DNA from: a candidate division WWE3 bacterium UBA1379
GTDB taxonomy: Bacteria > Patescibacteriota > WWE3 > UBA101185 > UBA10185
NCBI GenBank assembly: GCA_002305475.1
Contig: DBRB01000015.1
Span: 72,987 to 136,986 of the forward strand
Length of the DNA stretch: 64,000 nt
Direction of reading: 5' to 3'
The notes under the pieces are model-generated. The model did no database searches. It was not told the DNA's origin and saw nothing but the letters and a program-made list of their open reading frames with translations. Position numbers and translations under genes: made by a program. How positions within the stretch are numbered: position 1 is the first letter of the stretch; every line of letters starts with the position of its first letter. Shown here piece by piece: positions 1 through 9,824 of the stretch.

Positions 1-1
1 T

Positions 2-391
2 CAGATTCTTGTACGTATTCTGTTCAGATTAAAAGTGCATGATACGCAGACCGGCCTAAAAGTTTACAGGCGGAAAGTGTTGGAAAAAGTATTACCCAGA
101 CTAATTATCAACGGGTTTGCCTTTGATATTGAACTATTAGCAGTAGCTCATCACCTGGGATTTATAAAGATTATGGAAGCACCGGTGGATATCGCCTTGA
201 AATTCAGCACTGATTCGAAATTTAAAAAGAGTAGACCTCTTTTTTTTGATTACAATATTCGGAAAATGCTGATTGATACTTTCGAAGTTTTTTATCGGAT
301 CAACATACTAAAATTTTACGATGATGGTAATAAAAGAAAGTGGGTAGATGATAAAGACCTCGAAATGAGAATTATTGCAGGGGAAAGCTGA
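2..391 (+). CDS. Family-2 glycosyltransferase, C-terminal fragment (5' end lies outside the window)
   Basis: The reading frame is open from position 2. The sequence GLKVYRRKVLEKV...GFAFDIELL...IMEAPVDI is typical of the C-terminal half of DPM1/GtrB-like GT2 enzymes. The ORF track shows only 35..391. Confidence 0.55.
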   Translation, partial: QILVRILFRLKVHDTQTGLKVYRRKVLEKVLPRLIINGFAFDIELLAVAHHLGFIKIMEAPVDIALKFSTDSKFKKSRPLFFDYNIRKMLIDTFEVFYRINILKFYDDGNKRKWVDDKDLEMRIIAGES

Positions 392-494
392 TGAAAATTA
401 ATAAAATAATCCCTGTTCTTTGGTAAGTTTATCCATCTTCAGTTATAATTTATTTACTTCCGTTTCATTATGAAGCCATTAATTATCACATCCC

Positions 495-2570
495 ATGAAT
501 AAACATACCCCAAAACTAGATTTGAAGATACTTGATATTATTCTATTACTAATCTGTTATATCAGTATTTTCTCAATCGTTCTGTTAGTAATCGGGGTAT
601 TTAAGCCGTTATATGTCCTCATACTTTCGTTTATATTGTTATTTTCCACTTTGAAGGTATTCAATATACACATTATTATCCATGACGATCGTTTAGGTTG
701 GAAAATAGCCTTTATTTTAATAATCGCATTAGTACTTAGATTAAAACCGTATCTGTATGTAATGGGCGGTCAGGACCAGGGGACTTATGTAAATATGTCA
801 CGCCAGTTTGAATTGCAGGGGAGTTTATATACTACAGATCATTTTCGTAATACATTAACTGATGAACAAAAAGAAATGTATGATGTACATGGAAAATATT
901 TAATGCCGGAATTCCAGGAATGGGATCATCAAAAATCCGCACAGATTATGAAACTTTATCCCATGCATCCAGCCTGGATGGCAATATTCTCATTCCTGTT
1001 GGGAGCAGATAACCGGGTTTATTCATTAACATTCTTTTCTCTTTTATCCATTTTAGGATTTTTTTTAGTTGCTCTGGCTATTACCCGTAAAAAAGGTGTT
1101 GCTGTTTTAGTAGCCATGTTTTTGACTATTAGTCCTATCCATGTGTTTTTTGCTAAATTCCCTGTGACGGAAACTGTTGCCTTGGCATTTACATCATTTG
1201 GTATTTACTATCTTATTTCATATATTCGAGGTACAGACACGGAGGTACAGGCACCCTGGAAGTTAATACTTTCAGTACTATTGTTCAATGCATTTTTCTA
1301 TACCCGACTTAGTTCTTTTATGTATATTCCCTTATTTTTAGGTACCGGTTTTCTGTTTTCCATAGTAATAAAAGATACAGTTGTAAAACGAAATCTCAAG
1401 TACTATGTGGCGTCAGTATTAATACTCGTTCTTATATCATACATTGTCCATTTCAAGTTTTTATACCCGCTGTTTTATGAAATTTACTTGGGTTATTTAA
1501 AACAATTTTTAGGAGAGTATTCTACCCGAAAAATTATCGGTGTTTTCGGATTGCTGATAATTTTAAGTTTCTTGTTTGACATTGTTGCGAAAAAGAAGGT
1601 TGTTCAGAAAATGGTGGCAACTTTACATAAATATTTATGGGTGTTTTATCTCTGCTTTTTGATAGTATTAGCATTTACTACCTATAGGCAATATAATATG
1701 TTGGTTTACTCCGATGATTATGTACTTTCTAATCTTTTTTATAGATGGGAAGTTGCCGGGCAAGGATTGGATTCACTCAGACATATTACCTTATACGGTA
1801 TAATCACACATTTATCACCGTTTGGTTTTATTCTGTTAATCATTGCTTCATTTTATGAATTATTTAAAAAGAAAAAGGATATTTACATAAATTCATTTAT
1901 TGTTTATGTATGGTACTTTATAGCCTTAAATTCCTATTTTACCTTTATTTTCATCTATAACTATTATAGTTCACGATATTTTTTGAGCGAAATAGTTCCT
2001 TTTGCATATCTGATTATTGCAGTATTTTTAACAAAAATTTGGGGAAAACATAAGATTGTTACGACTCTGCTTGCCTGCGGAATTCTTCTTTATAATATGT
2101 ATTTCCTACCTCTTCCGGTATTAGAAAATGAAATGCCTAATTTGGATTTTTATGAAAAAATTCAGGAGAAAGTGAAAAGTGATTCCTTACTCCTGGTGAA
2201 TAAAAACTTCCGTTTTGGTAATGCAGCAGTTTCCCCTCTTAAGTATTATTACGATTATGACGTTTTCCCCTTTTATTACAATGAAGATATTAATACAAAG
2301 GAAATTGAGGAACTATCAAAAAAGTATAATCATGTATATTTACTGACGGCAACAGATGATAAGATGTATGCTTATACTCCAAATAAAGATACATTAAGAT
2401 TCAGATACGATTATTTTAATACACCAGGTGGTTGCACACAGCATTCATATTCATACCTTCCTATAGAAAAATCTGTAAAACTCCCGTTTTCTGATTATAT
2501 CGGTTGCTGGTTCCTCCCCAGTGTGAAATATACTGGGTATTCAGACCTGTATTTATATACGCTGAAATAG
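495..2570 (+). CDS. Large polytopic membrane protein, GT-C-like fold suspected (N-terminal multi-TM region plus C-terminal soluble domain)
   Basis: 691 aa with about 12 hydrophobic helices and a hydrophilic YY/FY-rich C-terminal domain. The architecture resembles the other large membrane proteins in this island at 10393, 24008 and 25767. Confidence 0.4.
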   Translation: MNKHTPKLDLKILDIILLLICYISIFSIVLLVIGVFKPLYVLILSFILLFSTLKVFNIHIIIHDDRLGWKIAFILIIALVLRLKPYLYVMGGQDQGTYVNMSRQFELQGSLYTTDHFRNTLTDEQKEMYDVHGKYLMPEFQEWDHQKSAQIMKLYPMHPAWMAIFSFLLGADNRVYSLTFFSLLSILGFFLVALAITRKKGVAVLVAMFLTISPIHVFFAKFPVTETVALAFTSFGIYYLISYIRGTDTEVQAPWKLILSVLLFNAFFYTRLSSFMYIPLFLGTGFLFSIVIKDTVVKRNLKYYVASVLILVLISYIVHFKFLYPLFYEIYLGYLKQFLGEYSTRKIIGVFGLLIILSFLFDIVAKKKVVQKMVATLHKYLWVFYLCFLIVLAFTTYRQYNMLVYSDDYVLSNLFYRWEVAGQGLDSLRHITLYGIITHLSPFGFILLIIASFYELFKKKKDIYINSFIVYVWYFIALNSYFTFIFIYNYYSSRYFLSEIVPFAYLIIAVFLTKIWGKHKIVTTLLACGILLYNMYFLPLPVLENEMPNLDFYEKIQEKVKSDSLLLVNKNFRFGNAAVSPLKYYYDYDVFPFYYNEDINTKEIEELSKKYNHVYLLTATDDKMYAYTPNKDTLRFRYDYFNTPGGCTQHSYSYLPIEKSVKLPFSDYIGCWFLPSVKYTGYSDLYLYTLK

Positions 2571-2603
2571 ACTTCTATTTATATTTGAGCTAATATTTGT
2601 TCT

Positions 2604-2843
2604 ATGAATAACGAAGATAAGCTTAAAGAAATATTTTCCTCATCTCTTGGTATTAAATTGGATGATATTAAAGAAAACCTGAAATATCATTCCATTCCTC
2701 AATGGGATTCTATTGCACATATGACTTTAGTAGCAGCTATTGATGACGCATTCGGTACTATGTTAGATACTGATGATGTTATTAACCTAAGTTCATTTGA
2801 TAAAGCTAAGGAGATTCTAAAAAAGTATGGAGTCGACTTTTAA
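2604..2843 (+). CDS. Acyl (peptidyl) carrier protein
   Basis: 79 aa, acidic. A WDSIAHM motif sits at the position of the phosphopantetheine-attachment Ser (DSL/DSI) of ACPs. It is directly followed by an SDR, an adenylating enzyme and AcpS. Confidence 0.65.
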   Translation: MNNEDKLKEIFSSSLGIKLDDIKENLKYHSIPQWDSIAHMTLVAAIDDAFGTMLDTDDVINLSSFDKAKEILKKYGVDF

Positions 2844-3585
2844 CCTATTAAAGGGAAAAACTGCCATTATTACTGGTTGTGCCAGCGGTATTGGATTAAG
2901 TACTATGGAATTATTTGCAACATGCGGTGCTGATGTTATGTCAATCGGTATTACAAAGGGAAGTCTTGATGAAGTATCGGCACGACTATCAAAAGAACAT
3001 TCAGTTTCGGTAATTCCCTACTACTTTGATATTTCTTCATATGACTCAGTAAAAAATTTCTATAGTATGTTAGTTAAGGAAAACAGGAAAGTAGATATTC
3101 TGATAAACAATGCAGGAATTTTAAGGGATGCTCTTATTCCTATGATTACTGAAGAGATACTGAAAAAGACTTATGAAGTTAACGTATTCGGATCCATTTT
3201 CATGATGCAGTATGCATCCAGAATGATGATGAGACAAAAGTCGGGAAGTATAGTAAATATTTCTTCCATTATCGGAACTCATGGAAACGAAGGGCAGGTA
3301 GTTTATGCAGGTAGTAAAGCGGCTTTAATCGGTGTGACAAAATCAGCTTCCAAAGAATTGGCAGGATATAATATCCGGGTAAATGCCATTGCTCCGGGAT
3401 TTATTGATACAAAAATGTCCCGTTCTATCCCTGAGGAGAAGTTTAATGAACGTCTCACCCAGATAAAAATGGGTCGGATCGGATCACCGGTAGATGTTGC
3501 TCAATGTGCATTATTCCTTTCCTCTGATCTATCATCTTATATCACCGGTGAAGTAATCGGGGTGGACGGTGAAATGATTATATGA
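2827..3585 (+). CDS. SDR-family oxidoreductase, 3-oxoacyl-ACP reductase (FabG)-like
   Basis: TGCASGIGLS glycine-rich NAD(P)-binding motif, NAG, and the YAGSKAA catalytic Y-x3-K. 252 aa. Confidence 0.8.
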   Translation: MESTFNLLKGKTAIITGCASGIGLSTMELFATCGADVMSIGITKGSLDEVSARLSKEHSVSVIPYYFDISSYDSVKNFYSMLVKENRKVDILINNAGILRDALIPMITEEILKKTYEVNVFGSIFMMQYASRMMMRQKSGSIVNISSIIGTHGNEGQVVYAGSKAALIGVTKSASKELAGYNIRVNAIAPGFIDTKMSRSIPEEKFNERLTQIKMGRIGSPVDVAQCALFLSSDLSSYITGEVIGVDGEMII

Positions 3586-4964
3586 GTTTCTTTCATACTT
3601 TAGATAAATTCAGTAATAATACTGCTCTTGTTGATTCTTTTGGAAATCAGTATTTATACAAGGATTTAATAGAGCTTTCTGATTCTTTTGCATCTAATCT
3701 TAAAAGCGGAAAAAAGAATCTGGTATTAATTCTTTGCAGAAATAATATTGAAACCATAAAGGCATATTTAGGTACAATTCGTTCAGGAAATACGGCATGG
3801 CTCTTAACTGTGGATATTGATCCAACACTAAAGGAAAATCTAATAAACTGCTACCGGCCTGATTATATCTGGCAGCCGGGTCCGGATAACAATGATTATG
3901 TATTGACGGAATATAATATAGAGAGAGATTTTGAGATATATAAGGACTTAAGTCTGTTATTAACTACTTCTGGTAGTACGGGTAGTCCTAAGCTGGTTCG
4001 GCTGACGCAGAAGAATCTGAATAGCAATGCACAAGCTATTGCGCAATATCTACAGCTTGATTCGTCGGAAAAACCTATTACTACTCTGCCACATCATTAT
4101 ACGTATGGCCTTTCTGTTCTAAACAGTCATTTAACAGTTGGAGCTCAGGTACTTCTTACTGAGGATTCTATAGTAACCTCGGAATTTTGGGATTTTTTTA
4201 AACGGGAAGGAGCTACTTCGTTTGCCGGTGTCCCTTATACTTATGAAACTTTAAAGAAGCTAAATTTTTTTAATATGGATCTTCCCAGTTTGAGATACTT
4301 CACACAGGCAGGAGGTAAGCTTCATCCTGATCTGGTAAAAGAGTATGCTGAGTTTTCACACAAAAAAGGAATAAAATTTTACGTTATGTATGGTCAGACA
4401 GAAGCAACCGCCCGGATCTCCTATCTGCCACCCGAGCATAACATTGAAAAGTATGCCAGTATGGGGATAGCTATCCCTGGTGGAACCCTAAGTGTACTTG
4501 ATGATGAGGGGAAAGATATTAAAGAACCGTTTGTAGATGGGGAACTTTGTTATGAAGGAGAGAATGTCATGCTTGGTTATGCAACTGAAGAAAAAGAGTT
4601 GGCGGAAGGGGATAAAATGCAGGGAAGATTGTTAACCGGAGATATTGCTCATTATGATGAGGATGGGTATTTCTATATCACAGGCAGAAAGAAGAGATTT
4701 CTAAAAATATATGGACAGAGGACAAATTTGGATGAGCTGGAAGGATCGTTAAAAAGATTAGGGATTGAGTGTGCCTGCGGTGGAAAGGATGACCTTTTAA
4801 TGATTGCCTGTATTGATTCTTCTCGCAACGAGGAAATAAAGGATCTATTAGTGGAAAAATATCATTTTTTTCATAAATCTTTTAAAATCGTCAATGTAGA
4901 TAAAATTGAGAGAAATGAGTCGGGAAAAGTACAATATGAGTCAGTATTTAAAAACTATCTTTGA
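3582..4964 (+). CDS. AMP-binding (adenylate-forming) acyl ligase
   Basis: TSGSTGSPK (A3), YGQTEAT (A5), TGDIAHYDEDGYFYITGRKK (A7/A8) motifs. The start overlaps the upstream stop (ATGA). Confidence 0.8.
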   Translation: MSFFHTLDKFSNNTALVDSFGNQYLYKDLIELSDSFASNLKSGKKNLVLILCRNNIETIKAYLGTIRSGNTAWLLTVDIDPTLKENLINCYRPDYIWQPGPDNNDYVLTEYNIERDFEIYKDLSLLLTTSGSTGSPKLVRLTQKNLNSNAQAIAQYLQLDSSEKPITTLPHHYTYGLSVLNSHLTVGAQVLLTEDSIVTSEFWDFFKREGATSFAGVPYTYETLKKLNFFNMDLPSLRYFTQAGGKLHPDLVKEYAEFSHKKGIKFYVMYGQTEATARISYLPPEHNIEKYASMGIAIPGGTLSVLDDEGKDIKEPFVDGELCYEGENVMLGYATEEKELAEGDKMQGRLLTGDIAHYDEDGYFYITGRKKRFLKIYGQRTNLDELEGSLKRLGIECACGGKDDLLMIACIDSSRNEEIKDLLVEKYHFFHKSFKIVNVDKIERNESGKVQYESVFKNYL

Positions 4965-6057
4965 TAAAAAACCCTATGAAATCGCAACCAACGAAAAAGA
5001 TGACCTATTACTTAGGGAGATGAATGAACTTCATGAGTTTCATTCAAAAAACTGCAAAGAATACAAAAGCATTTGCCGTGCTTTAGGTATTAGTGAGGGC
5101 GAGTTTAATAGCCTTAAGGAATTTCCCATGTTACCCGTATCCATTTTTAAAGAACTTGATATAAAAAGTATTAAAGATGAAGATGTGGTGAGAATTCTTT
5201 ACTCTTCGGGAACTACTTCTATGAAGAAATCAAAAATATATCTTGATGCTATGACTTCTGCCAATCAGACCAAAGCACTAACAACCATAGTGAATGACTT
5301 TATCGGAAAGAACAGAATACCCATGATTATAGTGGATTCCAGATCCACCATTACAAACAAAAACAATTTTTCAGCCAGAGCGGCTGGTATAGTAGGTATG
5401 CTTACCTTCGGTAAAGATTACTTTTACTTATTAAAGGATGACGATACTTTGGATATTACAGGACTGGAGGTGTTTTTAGATAAATACGGCAGTCAACCAA
5501 TTATTATCTTCGGATTTACTTTTATGGTTTGGAAGTATCTTTATCAGGAACTGATAAAAACGAAAAATAGCCAGGTTAAAATAAATTTAAAGGATAAATT
5601 AAATAATGCTGTTTTAATACATAGCGGGGGCTGGAAAAAACTACTGAATGAAAAAGTTGATAACATAACTTTCAAGAATATATTAAAAGAAGAATTAGGG
5701 ATCAAAAAAGTTCATAACTTCTATGGAATGGTAGAGCAGGTAGGTTCTGTATTTATGGAATGTGAAGAAGGTTATTTTCATACCTCGAATTTTTCAGAAG
5801 TTCTCATTCGAAATCACCTTGATTGGTCTGTAGAGGAAAATGGTAAAGAGGGAATTATTGAAGTAATTTCCGTTCTTCCGCAAAGTTATCCAGGAAATGT
5901 TTTATTAACAGAAGACATTGGGGTAATTCATGGAGTGGATGATTGTAAGTGTAAAAGAATGGGTAAGTACTTTACGGTTAAAGGCAGAGTCGAAAAAGCG
6001 GAAGTAAGAGGATGCAGTGATACATATGAACTGAAGGAGGTTCAGAACTATGTTTGA
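4936..6057 (+). CDS. LuxE-like acyl-protein synthetase family protein
   Basis: About 373 aa with an SSGTTS motif and a size typical of LuxE (PF04443-like). An alternative start at 4906 gives 383 aa, as in the ORF track. Confidence 0.5.
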   Translation: MSQYLKTIFDKKPYEIATNEKDDLLLREMNELHEFHSKNCKEYKSICRALGISEGEFNSLKEFPMLPVSIFKELDIKSIKDEDVVRILYSSGTTSMKKSKIYLDAMTSANQTKALTTIVNDFIGKNRIPMIIVDSRSTITNKNNFSARAAGIVGMLTFGKDYFYLLKDDDTLDITGLEVFLDKYGSQPIIIFGFTFMVWKYLYQELIKTKNSQVKINLKDKLNNAVLIHSGGWKKLLNEKVDNITFKNILKEELGIKKVHNFYGMVEQVGSVFMECEEGYFHTSNFSEVLIRNHLDWSVEENGKEGIIEVISVLPQSYPGNVLLTEDIGVIHGVDDCKCKRMGKYFTVKGRVEKAEVRGCSDTYELKEVQNYV

Positions 6058-7261
6058 TATTTTATGCCCGAAAAATGGAACATATGAAGATGTCTTAAAA
6101 TCAGAAAATTTTCTTCCGTACGGTTCCGCTGTGGTGGATTTTTTTCAGCAACTTTCTAAAAATATTCTTCAGAATAGTAATTATAAGAAATATCCGGAGA
6201 TTATTGCCTTAGGTTTCTGGTTACGAAAAGCCAATCTTATTAAGATGCAAAAGGACGTGTTTGAAAAAGAAACCACAAAGGACAATATAAAATTAGCAAG
6301 AGGTCTGGTCTTTCATATTGCACCGTCGAATGTAGACACTGTTTTTGCTTACTCTCTTTTTGTATCACTTCTGATGGGAAATAGAAATATCGTAAGGGTA
6401 TCAAGTCAAAGTTCTTTGGTTTTGGATTTACTTATAACTGAACTTAATGACATTCTATCATTAAAGGAATTCAAATCCCTAAGAAATAATTTGTTGATTG
6501 TCAGGTATGAACATAATGATGATACAACCACGGAATTTTCTTTGAGGTGTGATGTTAGGGTGATCTGGGGAGGGGACCAGACGGTAAATAAAATTAGATC
6601 TCTACCTTTGAATACTTCGGCACATGAGATTGTTTTTCCTGATCGGTTTTCTTACTGTGCAGTAAAGTCGAAAGAGTTTCTGAGTTTAAATCATCCTTTT
6701 GAACTAACGGATAAATTTTATAAGGATGTTTATACCTTTGATCAGAATGCATGTTCATCACCTAGGATGATATTCTGGATAGGTAGTTCTGAGGATAACC
6801 AAAAAGCTCAGGAAAAATTCTGGAGTTGTTTTAATGAAGTTGTAGAAAGTTACAGCGGGATACTGGAGCAGGATCATTCCTTACGAAAGCTAAATTCCAC
6901 AATTATTACGGCTGTAACAACAGAGGGAAAAGTTAAGATTATAAACGGATCCACTAACCGTATTACAAGAGTTCAATTTGATTCATTAAAGGATGTTCGA
7001 AGAGATGACCACTGTGGACTGGGATTATTTTATGAGGTGTGTATCAAAGATTTAAATGAACTTTCTTCTTTTTTCAGTTCAAAAGATCAAACCTTGAGTG
7101 TTTACGGGTTTTCAAATCAGGAGATATCTGATTGTCTTAATAAAGGTTGTAGGAGTATTTCCAGAGTAGTACCAATCGGAAAAGCTTTAGAATTTGATGT
7201 GGTATGGGACGGATATAATTTATTTGATGAGCTGACTAGAGAAGTCAGTATTGTTTCTTAA
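6050..7261 (+). CDS. LuxC-like acyl-CoA (acyl-protein) reductase family protein
   Basis: 403 aa. The N-terminal region (FLPYGSAVVDFF...FHIAPSNVDTVFAYSLF) resembles the LuxC fatty-acyl reductase family. It is translationally coupled to the LuxE-like gene. Confidence 0.5.
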   Translation: MFDILCPKNGTYEDVLKSENFLPYGSAVVDFFQQLSKNILQNSNYKKYPEIIALGFWLRKANLIKMQKDVFEKETTKDNIKLARGLVFHIAPSNVDTVFAYSLFVSLLMGNRNIVRVSSQSSLVLDLLITELNDILSLKEFKSLRNNLLIVRYEHNDDTTTEFSLRCDVRVIWGGDQTVNKIRSLPLNTSAHEIVFPDRFSYCAVKSKEFLSLNHPFELTDKFYKDVYTFDQNACSSPRMIFWIGSSEDNQKAQEKFWSCFNEVVESYSGILEQDHSLRKLNSTIITAVTTEGKVKIINGSTNRITRVQFDSLKDVRRDDHCGLGLFYEVCIKDLNELSSFFSSKDQTLSVYGFSNQEISDCLNKGCRSISRVVPIGKALEFDVVWDGYNLFDELTREVSIVS

Positions 7262-7262
7262 T

Positions 7263-7634
7263 ATGTGTATTCAGGGAGTAGGTATTGATATCGCAGAGAT
7301 AGAAAGATTCAAGGATAAAAGTGATTCTTTTTTCCGTAAAGTATTTACCGATAACGAAATAGAATACTGTCTGCAGAAAGGAGAACCAGCTCAGCACTTT
7401 TCTTCAAGATTTTCCGCAAAGGAAGCTGTTATTAAAGCTTTAGGATTAATGGGAATCTTTGATATTACCTATAAAGATATTGAGATTATTAATAGTGAAA
7501 ATAAGGTTCCAAGTTGCAGGATATATAAAAACGGTAAGATTACAGATGAATTTAATGTTAAAATCTCTATGTCTCATGCTCGGGGTTATGCAGCTGCAGT
7601 GGCCCTGATCAGTGAAAATTGCAAACAAGAATGA
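7263..7634 (+). CDS. acpS: Holo-ACP synthase (4'-phosphopantetheinyl transferase, AcpS type)
   Basis: GVGIDIAEIERF...FTDNEIEYC...RFSAKEAVIKALG is canonical AcpS. The ATG at 7263 is preferred over the TTG at 7251 used by the ORF track. Confidence 0.8.
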   Translation: MCIQGVGIDIAEIERFKDKSDSFFRKVFTDNEIEYCLQKGEPAQHFSSRFSAKEAVIKALGLMGIFDITYKDIEIINSENKVPSCRIYKNGKITDEFNVKISMSHARGYAAAVALISENCKQE

Positions 7635-7642
7635 TATAATAT

Positions 7643-8653
7643 ATGGCAGTCCCAATATTAAAATTAGCAACAATAGGCATTCTTCCTTCTCCAATAAAAA
7701 AGATGTACTACAAATCAAGAGGGGCAAAAATCGGTAAGAACGTTAATTTAGGTATTTTGTCAGTTATTGACTGTAAAAACCTAGAAATTGATGACGGAGT
7801 GAAAATGGGAATGATGACTTTTATCTGTGCCAAAAATGTGAAGCTTGGAAAACGGGCTCAGATAAAGATGATGTCGGCTGTGGATACCGGGGATCTGGAG
7901 ATGGCTGAAGATTCCATAATAATGGAGCAGGTTACTATCGGAGGAATGCTAACTCCCAGATCAAAACTCTATATGGGAAAAAGAGTCAGAATCTTTCCTT
8001 TCAGTTTTATTAATACTACTGAACCGGTAATTATTGAAGATGATTCAGGCGTAGGTGGGGGTAGTTATATCTTCACTCACGGTTCCTGGTTGTCTGTATT
8101 AGAAGGTTATCCGGCAACTTTCGGTCCGGTAAAAATTGAGAAAAATGTCTGGCTTCCCTGGAGAGTATTTATTATGCCCAATGTAACAATAGGTGAAGGT
8201 TCCGTAATCGGAGCAGGATCTGTAGTGACTGCGGACATACCTGAAAAATCCTTAGCATCCGGTTCTCCTGCTAAAGTTATTTTGGATAAGGGGAAATTTT
8301 TAAGAGTTCCAAACGAGGAGAAGAAGTTTGAGATAGTAAAAAAAATCATTAAAGAATTTACTGAATTTCAGGATTATCAAGGAATAGATAGTTTTTATCA
8401 GGAAGAAGGGGATAAGGTAACCTTTGGAATTAAATACAAAGATAGAGATTATCAAGGATTGTTGATTAAAGAAGTTACAGAAGATGTTGGTAGTTGCAAC
8501 GTCTTGATATCCATGCACTCTATTTCTGAACCGCCAACAGCATATTGGTTTGATCTTGAAAACAAGAAAGCAAAGCTTCCTTCAAATTATTTTTCCAAGG
8601 AAATAAATTCATTTTTTAGTCACTACGGAATAAGATTTGATTTTATTGACTAA
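7643..8653 (+). CDS. Hexapeptide-repeat (left-handed beta-helix) acyl/acetyltransferase with a C-terminal extension
   Basis: Repeated [LIV]-G-x-x-x-x hexads (IGKNVNLGILSVID..., VTIGEGSVIGAGSVV). 336 aa. Candidate N-acyltransferase in the WbpD/RfbO role. Confidence 0.6.
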   Translation: MAVPILKLATIGILPSPIKKMYYKSRGAKIGKNVNLGILSVIDCKNLEIDDGVKMGMMTFICAKNVKLGKRAQIKMMSAVDTGDLEMAEDSIIMEQVTIGGMLTPRSKLYMGKRVRIFPFSFINTTEPVIIEDDSGVGGGSYIFTHGSWLSVLEGYPATFGPVKIEKNVWLPWRVFIMPNVTIGEGSVIGAGSVVTADIPEKSLASGSPAKVILDKGKFLRVPNEEKKFEIVKKIIKEFTEFQDYQGIDSFYQEEGDKVTFGIKYKDRDYQGLLIKEVTEDVGSCNVLISMHSISEPPTAYWFDLENKKAKLPSNYFSKEINSFFSHYGIRFDFID

Positions 8654-8667
8654 AAAGTATCTTTATA

Positions 8668-9759
8668 TTACTTTTGAAGTCTTTCGTTATCCATCATATC
8701 CATCCACATAGCAAACAGAAGGGATTGAAATCCTGTGATGGTAAGAAACATAAAAGCCATAGTACTCTTGTCTGATAAGTATGCACCGATCAGAAAAGAT
8801 TCTATGACTCTCACAAAGAATATTGTATCGATAAGAAGTAGAATAAAACCTAAATGATATAAGAGAAATAACGGGTGAAAGTCGCGGATGAAATATTTTG
8901 TATAAAGACGTTTCCAAAACAGTTTAAACAGTAGCCAGGAAATTTTATGAATCACTTTGGCAATTTTCATTTTGGAATGTTCGCCTACATTATAAACAGG
9001 TTTGCTTGGGATTTCTTTGATTGTGCAATTGGCAATATTTAACTTAACTAAAATATCATTTGGGCATCCGTAGTAAGGATAGATATCAAATATCTTCATT
9101 AATTTTAAACATTTCAGATTTACTGCCGTATAGCTAGTCTGAGTATCGGATACTCTCCAGTAACCGCTGGCAATTTTTGTTAATAAAGATAAAACAGAAT
9201 TTCCGAATAACCTGACTGGCGGAATAACTACACTGGCTGCCGGATGGGTTAATCTGTTAATTTTGGTGGAATCAACCTCTCCGTTTATTACCGGCATACA
9301 CACATCTTCAAGTTCGGAAGGGTCCATTTGTCCATCTCCATCCATGATTGCAGTACAGTCAATATTATGATCACGACACCATTTGTATCCTGAAGCATAC
9401 GCTCTTCCCACATAACCATTGCTTAAGTGTTTAATTAGAACAACTCTGGAAGTAGGGCTTGATATGATTTCACTGGGTACATATTTGCAGTTTTCTTTTT
9501 CTTCTAACTCCTGGGCAATAATATCTGCATGATTGTATTTTGTCTGAGTAATTTTTTCCTTGCTGTCTTTTAAAGGGGTTACTTCCCTATGTTCTTTTTT
9601 AATGAAATCTTCAACTATTTGTGCTGTTTTATCCGTGGAGTAATCATCGATGATAACAATCCTGTCTACAAAATCAGGCATGGTTTCGATAACAAAGCCT
9701 ATTTGAGTTTCTTCATTATGACATGGAGCAACTACAGCAACAGTTTTCCCTTTAAGCAT
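8668..9759 (-). CDS. GT2 glycosyltransferase with C-terminal TM helices (polyprenyl-phosphate sugar transferase-like)
   Basis: VAVVAPCHNEE...IVIIDDYSTD (DxD region) with C-terminal hydrophobic helices. Confidence 0.7.
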   Translation of the reverse strand: MLKGKTVAVVAPCHNEETQIGFVIETMPDFVDRIVIIDDYSTDKTAQIVEDFIKKEHREVTPLKDSKEKITQTKYNHADIIAQELEEKENCKYVPSEIISSPTSRVVLIKHLSNGYVGRAYASGYKWCRDHNIDCTAIMDGDGQMDPSELEDVCMPVINGEVDSTKINRLTHPAASVVIPPVRLFGNSVLSLLTKIASGYWRVSDTQTSYTAVNLKCLKLMKIFDIYPYYGCPNDILVKLNIANCTIKEIPSKPVYNVGEHSKMKIAKVIHKISWLLFKLFWKRLYTKYFIRDFHPLFLLYHLGFILLLIDTIFFVRVIESFLIGAYLSDKSTMAFMFLTITGFQSLLFAMWMDMMDNERLQK

Positions 9760-9824
9760 TAGACAAATATAATATGGAGAAGACTACGTAGTCAAATATT
9801 TGCATCCTGTGTTTGTAAGAATTA

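Noticed and set aside
7446-8518. Short antisense ORFs (93, 80, 72 aa) inside the AcpS and hexapeptide-transferase genes
   Set aside because: They are entirely embedded antisense to confident genes with recognisable motifs. No SD and no similarity. Typical AT-rich shadow ORFs. The same applies to many other ORFs of 60-130 aa in the track that lie inside larger genes, for example 10724-10960, 17105-17299, 20085-20849, 36201-36512, 53089-53472 and 56553-56966.
8650-8676. Hairpin AAAAGTA-(9-nt loop)-TACTTTT overlapping the convergent stop codons at 8653/8668
   Set aside because: The stem is almost pure A-T with one G-C pair, and such inverted repeats are frequent by chance in AT-rich DNA. Too weak to call a terminator.
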